Assembly (NCBI RefSeq): GCF_009914755.1
Contig: NC_060928.1
Length of the DNA stretch: 64,000 nt
DNA from: the human T2T-CHM13v2.0 reference genome, Homo sapiens
Direction: 5' to 3' (one strand)
Notes under the pieces: model-generated
What the model saw: only the letters and a program-made list of their open reading frames with translations
Told to the model about the DNA's origin: nothing
Database searches by the model: none
Program-made: the position numbers and the translations under genes
Shown: positions 15,155 through 29,283 of the stretch, one piece after another
How the letters are laid out: every line of letters starts with the position of its first letter
How positions within the stretch are numbered: the stretch's first letter is position 1

Positions 15155-15687
15155 ACAGTGACAGAGCCTTCTGGGTATAATTGTTCCTAATTGTGCAGTT
15201 TATGCAAATAGAGATGACAAAAAATATTTTATTGGCCACTTTAGGACAAATTGCTAAAGAGACCACAAAACACATTGCAGCACAACAAAAGTCTCTAAAT
15301 TCCTTAGCTTTAATGTTTTAGCAAAATGTATATGTTTTATATAGCTAATTGCTACAAATCTAACTAAAACCAAGATTACAGTAGCTCAATGCATAGACTT
15401 TATAGATAAGTCAACTTTGTAATCCTGCTTTTGGGTTTAGTTTTTGACTCCTGTGTTGCTTAAAAGGTTTTAAGGGTTCATGAGTGCCTGTCCACCTCCA
15501 TTCCCTTCTAGCCTAGAATGTCTAATTTGCTGTAAATCTTTTAGCTCTAAGTCCCTTGAACTTCCAGGCCACTGAGGGACAGACTGGAACCAGGATAGGT
15601 AGCCACACCACCCTGGCAACAATATGGGAAAAAATAAATTTTAGCTGTAGATGCTGCCTCTAGCAAATCTCAGACAAAGGGGGAAAA

Positions 15688-16368
15688 TGAGAAATAAAAA
15701 TAAAATTCTAACCCCCCAACAGACTGAACAGACGATCTCTTGGCCAAGAAGACACCAGAGTAACCTTGAAAACTGAGTTCTCAGCCATGATAGTATTGGA
15801 GGTCAGACACACCTCCTTATACCTTATCTCCCTCACTAACCACCATTAGCCTTTTCTTCCCTAAGGGGTAAACAAAAACCAGCCCTTTCAAAAGGCTGCA
15901 CCACTGATCTCAAACAACCTCCTGAGATTGCCCTTCTTTTTTGCTTAAGAGACCACAGACTAAGAAGTGGTTCTGGCCAGTCTTTGAAGAATGTGAGAAT
16001 GTGTAGTAAGGGATTTTATGTCCTCTGCCTCACTTTTTGACATCACAGGGCGGAAAACTCCACCCTTGAGTTATGCTAACATCGCCATCTTTTAAACATG
16101 TTACCCATGAAGATGAATGAAGCTCAACTGCGCATGTGCGTTTCTCCTTTTATAAATATTCATGAGTCCAATAACTTATTGAATACGTATATTCAGCCAC
16201 CTAGTTCGGGCATGAATTCCCGTTCCCTTTTCCCCTCCCTCCAAGTGTTGGTTTTTGCCTGGAGGCTGTGCATGTTTCCCAGCCTATTAGAATGGCCACC
16301 CTGCCAGCTACAATCTTTTATGAGAAATAAAGCTCTCCTTTCAAAATTAAAAACAACAACAAACACAA
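15688..16368 (+). mobile_element. MER50-like LTR (U3-R only) ending in an A-rich tail
   Basis: TGAGAAATAAAAATAAAATTCTAACCCCCCAAC start directly after the PPT; AATAAA 16326-16331; AAAAACAACAACAAACACAA from 16349 instead of U5. Confidence 0.8.
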
Positions 16369-16419
16369 GATGATTCTGCCTGGTCAGAAGTAAAAAATCC
16401 TCTAGACCTATCTCTGTGC

Positions 16420-17290
<871 letters not shown>

Positions 17291-17574
17291 TATCAGTTTA
17301 GAATCAATCTCAATTAATTATATAGAAAAATGGTAAGTAGTCCAATTTTTAAAAATTATTCCATGAAAAATAATTACTTGGGCATATTAGGTCCTTTATG
17401 ATGTTTAACAAATTAGTATTTTTATAGGTCCATAAGACAGTCATTAGTCATGTATTTCCACAAAGATGTATATATCTGGAACATACAGCAGAAACACCAG
17501 AAGGATATAAATGAAACAAAGGTAATATACGTAATTTCAGGCTGGAGTTGGTCTGGTATTACTGATTTAGGGAG

Positions 17575-17815
17575 TAGGCTCCGAAGTACCAGCTGTAGAA
17601 TCCTACTGCCCACATTTGTAACCTACCTTTTCTACTTCCTAGTTGTGTGATACTAGGGAAGATGCTTAATCTCTCAAAGCTCCAATTTTATTATTTATAC
17701 AATAAAAATAAAAACAATACCTATTCCATTGGGTTGCTATGACAATGAAATGAAATAATGTGTGTAAAGTTCTTGGCATAGTGTCTGGCATATAATAAAC
17801 TATCAATAAATATGA
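17575..17815 (+). mobile_element. MIR SINE
   Basis: CTAGTTGTGTGATACTAGGGAAGATGCTTAATCTCTC ... GGCATAGTGTCTGGCATATAATAAAC. Confidence 0.8.
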
Positions 17816-18722
17816 AAAGTTATATAGCTTCAGACCAGCTAAATTACACTAAAGTAAAATTAATACGAACATTTAAATCACTATTGAATTCAAGTTTTAA
17901 ACACCTTTTACCTATGTTTAAATGGCAGAGTAAATCTAGTTGTAATATTTTTCATTCTTTTGATTACCAACACTGATTCAACCTGGAATATTTTCTTTCT
18001 CTATATGTTGCCCCCCAAAATAAAAATAAATGCAAACTTCCCACATAGAAATAAACCGTCTTTTTGTCAAAGTAAATATGTACCTGTGTTCCTTTGCTTG
18101 AATTGCTTTTGCACATATAACTAAAGTAATAAATGCCTTCCAAACTAGATAAAAGTTGTATTATCTGAAGTGACTTATTAATGTAAAACTGTATCCTGTA
18201 TTTACCATGTGTTGGGCTGCAATCAATCATGCTACCTAAAGATCTACATAACTCTCCTTTTTAAATTCCACATCAGTCAAATATTTCTGGGAAATGAATT
18301 CTCCTAAACCAAGAACAAAATTTGTATTTGGCCAAGATACCAACTTCACTCTTGAAGTCAGTGATTCTTAATGATTCACAAGGTAAGTGCTTGCTATTTT
18401 ATCCAAAGACAATAAGCAAGTTCAATTCAGTACTAACTGAAACATTGACTTTACTTTCTCTTGCCTTTAGAAATCTTTTTAGCATTTTTCATTTCTAATA
18501 CTGTCTCCATCTGAATGTTCTTAGTTTGAATGTACTAATGCATTCAGAAAACATTCTTTTTTCAATTAATCCATTTTACTTGTGTGCAAGGGAGAGAAGA
18601 AAATTGTTTGCTTTATACTCTCATTTTCCTCATATATATATATATATATATTTTTCACCCTCTCTTATGGTGATGATCCTTATATTTTACAAATTGGAAA
18701 CTTTGAAAATGAAATAGTTACC

Positions 18723-19777
18723 TTGTGCTGTCAAGACTCTTTTTGTTCTAGGTAGTGGAAATATAATACAAATTACTTGTCCCTTAAAAGAAATGTATAG
18801 GCCAACTAACTGCAATATGCAGAGACGGTGCTAGCTCAGACACAACTAAATCAAGGGTTTCAAACCACAGTATCATCACTATAATTATTATCATATTTAT
18901 TGTTCTCTCTGTGCCTCTTTCTCTTACTGTTCTGGGAAGAAGAGGTATTGGTCTTCTTGTTGCTGCTATAATAAATGACCACAACCTTAGTGACTTAAAA
19001 CAGCAAAAATTTATTCTCTTAAAGTTCCAGAAGTCAGAAGTCCAAAATGAGCTTTACAGGGCTAAAACTTGAGATGTGGGCAGGGCTGGTTTCTTCTGGA
19101 GGTTCTAGGGGAGAATCTATTTCTTGACTTCTCCATGGTCTAGAGGCTGCCAGCATTTCTTGGTTTGTGGCAGCATCATTCCTGTCTCTGCTTCCATGGT
19201 CATGTTGCCTTCAACTAACTCTGATCTCCTATTTCTCTTTTGTCAGGACTCCTACGATTATATCAAGCACACCCCAAATGAAATATCCAGATAATTCAAG
19301 ACAATCTGTTCATCTCCAGATTCTCAATTTAATCATATCTAAAAAATCTGTTTTATGGTGTAAGGTCACATATTCACAGGTTCTAGGGATTCAGATATCA
19401 ACATATTTGGGGAGGTGATTATTCAGCCAAACACAGAGGGTCTCTTAGAACACTAACTTTAGCAAAAGTACCAGGAAGAATTCTTATTGGCCCAGCTTGG
19501 GTAATATGCCCATCCCCAAGACAATCACTATGGCCAAGGGGGTGATGTTGATGGTCAGACAGCCTAATCTGCATGACCACTCCTGAAGGATGTAATGAGA
19601 ATGCTGTGACAACGGTCCCACTGGGTCTATATGTATTTGGAGAGGGATGGCTTTCCAAAGGAAGAGTTGCTATTACCAGAAGAATAAAGAAGGGATTATG
19701 AGCAGACTCCCCTCTCCCCTCACCAAAAAAAAAAAAAAAAAAAAAAAAACCCGCACAAAAAGCAGAGGCACACTACG
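18723..19777 (-). mobile_element. MLT1K/L-like LTR split by an MLT1C-like LTR (18947-19433)
   Basis: Outer: TTGGCCCAGCTTGGGT..TGCCCATCCC..AATCACTATGGCCAAGG; inner: TGCTATAATAAATGACCACAAC..TTCCAGAAGTCAGAAGTCCAAAATG; TSD AGAGG. Confidence 0.75.
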
Positions 19778-19904
19778 AATTCCCATTAGAACAACACTGT
19801 CAATACTCTGGTAATAATAACAGAACTGTTCTTATTTGAAAATTCCATGTATGAGGATGTATACCTGTCTATATGTTTTTGGTTTGGACCAAAAAAGCAA
19901 CGAA

Positions 19905-20040
19905 TAAGAATGCGAGATTTAAGGTCAGACAGACCTGGATTTATAGCCTGACTCTACCCTTTCTAGCTGTGTAACATTTTAGACATGTTATTGAAATTTC
20001 CTGATTTTCAGATGCCTCACAGGTAAAATAAAGTTGCTTA
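19905..20040 (+). mobile_element. MIR SINE
   Basis: GTCAGACAGACCTGGATTTATAGCCTGACTCTACC..CTAGCTGTGT. Confidence 0.75.
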
Positions 20041-20044
20041 CTAT

Positions 20045-20680
20045 ATTGGACACGGATATTTGTCATGTTTTCTGACTACCCAGCATATTTTGAAAACAAT
20101 TTTACCATACTGGAAAATCCTCAGTCTTTAGAGTCCCGCTTCCACAAAGTAGAATGCAGAAAACTGAATTCTCAGCCTCTCTTACTGCTGGGCCTAGGAA
20201 TATGACAGTGACTTTGACTTCTCCTGTGAGATTCACACATGTAAGAATTTGACAGGTAAGTAACGGAGTTTATGTGGACTGTTTTAAAATCTTGCATACA
20301 AGAAGAAGGCTCCAGTCAGAATCCATTTTTCTGGTACAGTGGACAACAATGCTGCCGTCTTGTGGTGGTAGCAACAACACTGTATGCAGTTTAGTTTCTC
20401 AGTGATTTCAAGGTCAAGTTCCAGGCACAGATGTGGCCCAGGCAGGGAGTTGAGAGTTGGCAACACCTTCCCTAGTGCTCTGTGGGACAGCAAGAGAAGC
20501 AGCAGTTTCCTCTCCGCGCCAACTTTGCCATGTGATTTTCAGAATTGTTCCTAGGAGCTTAACTTCAAGTCTAGCTCTCCAGGCCTCCAAATGCTTCTGT
20601 GAGCTAACCAATAGTCTTTTTTTCAAAACTCCCTTTTCTGCTTCATCGGCTAAAGAGAGTTTGCTTCAGTTAAGTAATAT
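20045..20680 (+). mobile_element. LTR33-like ERVL LTR
   Basis: TTTTCTGACTACCCAGCAT start; GATTCTGTGAGCTA-type 3' region; homologous to the copy at 59285. Confidence 0.7.
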
Positions 20681-20692
20681 TAACAGTGATGA

Positions 20693-21017
<325 letters not shown>

Positions 21018-21564
21018 TTATCTCAGAGAGTGATGTTGCAATTAAACAAAATAAGATATTGTTATGCAAAAAAGGACCAATGGCCAGTCAGTACACATAC
21101 CAGATCTGCTAGAGCAAAATTTACTGGGGAAAATTCATGAAGACAGGAGCAGTAACAAGCATGCAGTCCCCTGTTGCATTGTAAAGTGGAACACAGAGTG
21201 CTAGCATGGTCTAATGTCACATTCTGGGATAGGGCCCCTAATCCCCGGTGTGCGGACTTTTGCCTGTTTGGAAGCATTGTCTCCTACTCTCAGGCGATCA
21301 GGGACCAGGATACTATAACAAGATGACATTGCAAAACTTTGGCTCCAGCCCTAGTCTGTGAACTCAGCTTTCATATTTGCAGCAAACATGAGCCCTTCCC
21401 CTGGCATAATCAGGAGCCTAAGGGCAGGTCTTATGGTTGACCAGGATTCACTGCCTCGATGTTTGGCTGTGGCCAGTTTTCATACAGCTTTGTAGAAGGT
21501 CAATTCCTTTTCTTTTTTTGGAGGCCACAGGGGAATCATATTTGGGCAAGTTAATTCTTACCTC

Positions 21565-21999
<435 letters not shown>

Positions 22000-22000
<1 letters not shown>

Positions 22001-22211
22001 CTGTAGGAGACAGTTTCAACATGCTGACAGCTTACCACCTCAAATGTTGTGTGTCTCTTCTCTGCCTTAGGGTTTTTTCTGGGACTAACTGTGGGAGTCT
22101 GCTCCACCCAAGTCACTCAAAGCAACAACAATCAATATGAGTTTGAAGTAGATGGATAAATGCCCCAAGCTTTCTAGCCTCCCACAGGACAGTTTTAAAG
22201 CATTTGAGAGA

Positions 22212-22244
<33 letters not shown>

Positions 22245-23002
22245 GACAATGGCCAGACCATATATGAAAATAGAACTCTGACCTACAATCTGTAGCAAGC
22301 ACCCTAGGAAATCATACCATATCTACAGAAAGCTAGGATATTATCTGTAAGTCAGATTTGTAGGAAGTCAGACCACTATCTCCAGAAATCAGTCCAGTAA
22401 GTCAAGCAATAATCCCTATAACAATTGGCCCAAAATGGCCAGGACTCGATTAATAACTGACAGCTTCCCTAATTTTTGTCCCAGCTTCCAAATTAGGACC
22501 AGCCAGAGAAAGCCAAATATGCACCCCAATCAATCACACAGAAAGCCCCAAATCTGTTTAGCCTACCTATAGCTTTCTTAAGCCAACAGCTTCAAATCAG
22601 GGCATACCTGAAACCTTCTCTTTTTACCACTATAAAGCTTTCCACTCCTATGCCTGCCTCTACCAAACACAAGTGATGAGTCTCTACCAAAACACAAGTG
22701 ATGATGCCTGACTCTCTTGCTATATCAAGGTCTGAATATATGCTTTGTCTGTTCTCATTTGGTCTTCATTTATTTCCATATATGGCATACACACTTTCTC
22801 TGGGGATCCCAACAAAATTAAGCCCCAGTTGCCCACTACTGTACTTTGCTCATTCATGCACTTTTTATTGGCTTTCCCTGCTTCTCTATCTTGGTTTGGT
22901 TTCCTCAATTTGCCTGCCATGAGGAATTATCTCCTGAATATACCATCTGCACCTAAGCTCTTGTTTCAGGGTCTGTTTTTGAGGAAATACAATGAAAATA
23001 GA
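22000..23002 (+). mobile_element. LTR16-like ERVL LTR split by (TC)n(TA)n and a MER73/MER74-like LTR (~22240-22780)
   Basis: Outer: GGATAAATGCCCCAAGCTT; AATTAAGCCCCAGTTGCCCAC; TCTTGTTTCAGGGTCTG. Inner: ATAGAACTCTGACC; CAGCTTCCCTAATTTTTG; GAGAAAGCCAAATATGC. Confidence 0.7.
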
Positions 23003-23293
23003 CCATATTAATGGAAGCACAATTTTAAGAATATTATATATTAACCTTGAATATTTCCCATAAAAAGAGGCATTTAAAACTAAAATTCCAAAGTGACTGC
23101 ATCAACCATTGTTTTCTTCTAGTCAAAATGTTAAAATACTGAATATTACTTTTTAAATGTTGGTATTATTCCAATGGCTTTCTATGCCATTAATGTATTT
23201 GGCATATGTTTTTTATTTTCTAAAAAATGTTGGCAAAATTCCCTAAAGGGAATAGTCATTTAAATTTTTTTTTTAATTTTTATTTATCCCACA

Positions 23294-23794
23294 TGTTAGA
23301 TATGAGTTCTAAATTTCTTTTCAAAGAATCAATATATCAGTATGTTCAGTTCTTTGCCTTCTACTTTTAAACTTAACTTCCACATAAAGCAACCTTTTTT
23401 GATTACCTGCTCCACCCTGACTCATTTCAATCACCTGCCCCACCTTGACTCATTCCGATTACCTGCTACCTGCTCTGCCCTAACTCATTCTCTACTCTGC
23501 ATAACCGTTTTTCCCGCCAAACCATGCACCCCATCACTGTCTTTAAATTAGCCAGTTGGAATTAGTTTAGCCTGTGCGGCCTAACCCGAGCCAATAGGGG
23601 AATGACACAGCAGCAGGGGCCACATGCGTCAGGCATAAGAACCCCTTCCCTCCCTTGTCCAAGTGTGCGCTCACCATTGCTCCATCTGTAAGGGTGCACC
23701 CTTCTATAGAAGTACCTTGCCTTGCTGAGAATTAAAAGAAAATTTTATATTCAAGTGCTATTTCTTTTGCGGCACCGAAACTTTATTTATAACA
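23294..23794 (+). mobile_element. LTR10F/LTR10A solo LTR (HERV-I)
   Basis: TGTTAGATATGAGTTCTAAATTTC ... CTTTATTTATAACA; TG..CA ends; perfect 4-bp TSD CACA; 28-bp repeats with TGACTCA. Confidence 0.92.
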
Positions 23795-25695
23795 CACAGG
23801 TAAAGGTTTAATGTGTGACTGTACTAAAAATAGGACTGAAATTTGAGAATGCATTTAAAGGAGAAACAATAATATTCAATAATATTCTACTGGTTGGAAT
23901 ATAGCTTATAAGAAAAGCTAATTACATTTACAGAGTAGTTGAAAATCTTGGACTTAGAATATATGAATGATATTCATTTGAATAAATTAAGAGAATTGAA
24001 GCATCTTTCTTGCAAAGTGATCCAGTTACATTTAGTGAGGGAATATTCATGTTTAGGCTCAGTGTCTCTGGAAACCTAAAAAAACTAGAGCACATTTGCC
24101 CTGCAGGCTCTAACTTGGAAATTCAATTACGATTTATTGATAAAAAGACTGCACCAGTGAAAATATGTTATCCTAATTTAGGAATCAATAAGCATTTCTG
24201 TGATTTTTATGCACTACAAATTATATACTTTAATTTATGCCTATCTGATGTCCAAGTATGTTGGTAAATGAGATGCCTAAAACAACATGTGGAGTTAGAA
24301 TATAATTATGTTAATGCTAAAAAAAGGTGGCATTTGTATTCTAACCATAACAGAGCTTATGTGGACTGTTTTAAAAACTTGAGCACTAGGCCCATTACAG
24401 TTTCATAGTGTCCCTTCTGTCTGTCATCTTTTACACCTGGCTGATCCTCCCACACACCATAAAGACAAAGTGAAAGCACCAAGAGAAGTTTTAGGCAATT
24501 ACCTCCACAGATTTCCATTTCTCTCTCTCGAAACTCTCATCTCCGTCTGGCCTGCTCTGATTTTTGATGGCCTGCATGTGTAATAGAGTTCCAAGTGAGG
24601 CTGAATTTAGAACGCTGAGTGACAAGCTGGCAGCATGTACTGCTTTACGTACCTGTAGCCTATCCTCTTGGAGATTTTCTCTCTTTTGCTCTTAGTTGTG
24701 TAAGATGTTAGGCACCTGTTCTCTTGGGGGGAAGTCTCATAACCTGATGTTTGTCAAGATTTCTTGGTATGCAGAGCTTGCCTCTAGGGTAGGGTGTGGA
24801 AAATTTGCATACTAATGAAGGAGCCACTTGGAGAAAAAAATGAGTGAAGATCTGAACAACTAACTTCCCTTTTGAGGTTTAACGTCGTTAGAAAATTTCT
24901 GACAGATTGAGGTGGTTCTGCTCAAGATTTTTAATTGGAAAATGGCATCAAAGGTTTTGAAATAGAAGTCTCCCTCAGTGCTTTGGGCTTAAGACCCATC
25001 CAACTCACGAACCTAGCCATCTAGAATAAGCAGTTTTGGTTAAAGCACATGTGAGAAGTGAGAAGTTCCTAAGCTACTTCAATTCCTAAGAAACTAGCAC
25101 ATAGTCAGTTTTGGAGATCCAAGGCTAAACGTGTGTCTGTATAAACTTGAAACCAAACTATGGTATAACTGTACAGTGCTGAAGAGATCTGAACAAAGAA
25201 AGGATATCATTGCAGCAGTAATAAATAGGCGTTCCTTAGACTGCAAAACAAGTGCTTGGTAGAAAAACCAAGTACAATAACAGAAAACCTCTGATGCTAA
25301 AGGCCTTCATATAATTTTCAGTTCTCTTTCTTCACTTCTTTTTATGAATAGTTTTTTGTGGGGAGGCCACAGTAGGCAGACATTGACGTTTCTGCAAATA
25401 CAAGAATGAGATTGCTAATAGATATAGACCAAACTGGTAAATAAAAGTTGTGGTTTCCAGATCTGCTCAGTTTTAGAGTTTCGGCAGACTCCCTGTATTC
25501 TTGTGTCTCTGAGTATAAGCTGCGTATATTGCAAAACTTAGATAAGAGTTCTGTTGATTCCGTGGGAGCATAAAAATTGAGCAGAAAAATAGAGTTAATT
25601 TATTTTTTAAAAATCCACATAACTCAAAGTATTAGAAAACAAAATGAATTAAAACATAGAAATCAGTATGTAGATTTACAATGTAGCCTGGTTTG

Positions 25696-26010
<315 letters not shown>

Positions 26011-26299
26011 CACAACAATGTAGCCTGTTTTACAAGTCTCAAAGTATTTCGGTGGCCAGTAGGAAGTTGGCTAACTGGGAAAGATGCTGAGATACAAGAT
26101 TGGCTGAATGGTAAGATAAGGCATTCTTAGTTTTGGAATGGGGAACTGGGAAGTAAGATGAGATCTAGACCCAAAAAAAAAATCAAATATAGCCAGAAAC
26201 GTAAACTGATGTCTTAACTCTGTGCTTTTAAATCAGTTTCACACTTCTATTCCATATGTGCCTGGTACCCAGTTTAAAAAAAAAGAAAAAAAAAACCCT

Positions 26300-27265
26300 C
26301 TGGACAAAAATGTGTTGGAAAATAAAATGAAAGAAAGCATCCCATTTACAAAATCAGATTTCATAATTAAAATACTTAGGAGTAAAAACTGAGAATCTAC
26401 TTGGAGAAAAAATTAGGGAATTTTTAAAACTTTAAATAAATGGAGATATGCTTTGATCTGGTATAGAAAGACCAATCTTATAAACATGAAAATTCTCCCA
26501 AAGTTTAATAAGTTGATTCAGTGTAATCCCTAACAAAATTCCAAAGAGTTGTCTTCTTTTATTTTTTGATTTGCAAAAATAATACTAGAGCTCACCTATA
26601 AAAATAAATGTGTGAATAAAGACAGAAAATTTCTTAAAAAGAAAATTAATATGGGGAAAATATTTCTATCAGGTATTAATATGTGTAGAGCTTTAATATT
26701 AATGAATGTTATTAATAGCCAAAGAACAGGCAGATTTGTGAAACTAAAGCATTCAGAAGTAAGCCCAAAAACAAATAGGAATTCAGTGCATTAATAAATA
26801 TATCTCCTTAAATTACTGAGAGAAAATCAGTTGTTCAACAGACCAATATTGAAAAACTGGGCATGAATCCCAGATATGTAAATATTTGATTGTAAAAATG
26901 AAATAATAAGAGAACTTAAAGAAAAAACAGAGAATTTTTTTTTTACAACCTTAGACTAGGAGGCTTTTAACAGGAAGACTGAAAATCCGAAGTCACTAAG
27001 GAATAGTTTACATTTGACTGCATAAAAACTAAGATCTCCTGTAAGACTAAGTGCCTGTAAGAAAAAGAGAATCTTACTACAAAGACAAAATACAACAAAC
27101 CACCTGAAGAAAACATTATTTGCAACATATGACAATAAAATCTTAATTTCTTTAATATACAAATAAGACTTGCTAATCAATAAGAAAAAAGGCAATCAAA
27201 TAGACAAAATAAATGGCATGGTCTATAGACCTGTAGATCAATTTAAAATACTTACTTCACTAAGA
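26300..27265 (+). mobile_element. Old L1M ORF2 fragment
   Basis: TTAAATAAATGGAGATATGC; ATTCTCCCAAAGTTTAAT; ATTTGCAACATATGACA. Confidence 0.75.
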
Positions 27266-27269
27266 AATG

Positions 27270-28120
27270 AGGCAGGCACAGAAAAAGTCTCCTTCATGAG
27301 TCTTAATTCTAGTAGGAAGGCTAACAGTTAGCTGGTGAATACTTGTATAGCCATACTAGTTGCTTATGACTTGTGCTTACTCTTATTGGTCAATGCCCAC
27401 ACCCCTTTTAGTTGTTAAATATTTTAGGTATCGTCACTGCTGGCAGAGTGTAGGCAGACAATAAACCAATAAGAATGTATAGCAGAGTTTCTCAACCTCT
27501 GCAGTATTGACATTTAAGAATGGATAATTCTTTGTGTGAGAGGCTGTCCTGTGCATTGTAGGATGTTTAACAGCATCCCTGGTCTCTACCCACTAGATGC
27601 CCATGGTAGCAATCACCCTCCCCACTTGTGAAAACCAAACATATTTTTAGATATTGCCAAATACCTCTCTCCCCTGTTGACAACCACTGATATATGGATA
27701 ACATTTCAGGTAGAGTGTTATGAAGAAGAATAAAGGTGGGTGAGAAGAGACAGAATGAGGGAGGCATAGGCAACTTTCAGTGGGATGGTAAGGTAAGAGC
27801 TCTCTGAAAAGTTGGCACCAAGCAGTGAGCTGAAGTGAGTGAGCCACGCTGCTACAGAGGGAAAAGAATTCCAGGCGGAGGGAACATCAAAAGCAAAGAA
27901 CCTGAGACATGAACATGTCTGACATGCTTGATGAATAGTGAGAAAACCAGTATAGTTGGAGCAGAGGGAAAAGGAGTGGGATTGAAAGATAAGGTCAGAG
28001 AGGACGTCAGGAGCCAGTCTTTTAGGGTCTTGTAGAACACAGTAAGAACTATGAACATTACTTTGGATAAAATGGAAAACCATAGGAGGGTTTTGAGAGA
28101 AGATGGATGTGGTCTATCTT
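27270..28120 (-). mobile_element. L2 fragment with nested hAT element (~27335-27440) and MER20 (27483-27689)
   Basis: L2: GAATTCCAGGCGGAGGGAACATCAAAAGCAAAG; MER20: CAGAGTTTCTCAACCTC..GGATGTTTAACAGCATCCCTGGTCTCTACCCACTAGATGCC. Confidence 0.8.
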
Positions 28121-28360
28121 ATTCCTCTATTTTAAAAAAGGAATAAAAATAGCTGAGAATCTTATTAAAAAATAATCAACCAGTTGCAATTAATTCGAAA
28201 GACTTTTAAAAATTGATATACCACCTTTCTCACTTAGGACATTAGCAAAGAATTGGAAGTTGAAATACCCAGTCATGGGGAAACTTTCGGGAAACAGGCA
28301 CATTCCTCTGCATTAATGGATGTAAATTGGTACAATTTCTTTGAAGGACAAATTGTCAAT

Positions 28361-28371
28361 ATCTATCTCTC

Positions 28372-28425
<54 letters not shown>

Positions 28426-28441
28426 ATCTATCATCTATCTA
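28361..28441. repeat. (TC)n(TATC)n microsatellite
   Basis: Directly visible at Alu tail. Confidence 0.95.
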
Positions 28442-29035
<594 letters not shown>

Positions 29036-29055
29036 TGTTAGAATTTAAAATTTTA

Positions 29056-29283
<228 letters not shown>

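Larger units (their letters stand above)
14491..15687 (+). pseudogene. ERV1 (MER4-group) internal 3' fragment with env TM relic, split by an LTR10
   Basis: 14491-14529 reads LKRELPRRYQDT*; 15211-15309 reads EMTKNILLATLGQIAKETTKHIAAQQKSLNSLA (TM heptad); polypurine tract AAAGGGGGAAAA at 15676-15687. Confidence 0.75.

Noticed and set aside
14491-16368. Syncytin-2 (ERVFRD-1)-like gene because of the MER50 LTR
   Set aside because: Only a short disrupted TM relic; sequence unlike syncytin-2; no ISD or CX6CC
14507-16374. CAAGACGAT / CAAGATGAT as TSD of the ERV retrocopy
   Set aside because: The left copy lies inside the env-like reading (LKRELPRRYQDT), so it is probably not flanking DNA
23398-23492. 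Short repeat array as CRISPR-like
   Set aside because: Primate DNA; units are contiguous with no unique spacers and are part of LTR10
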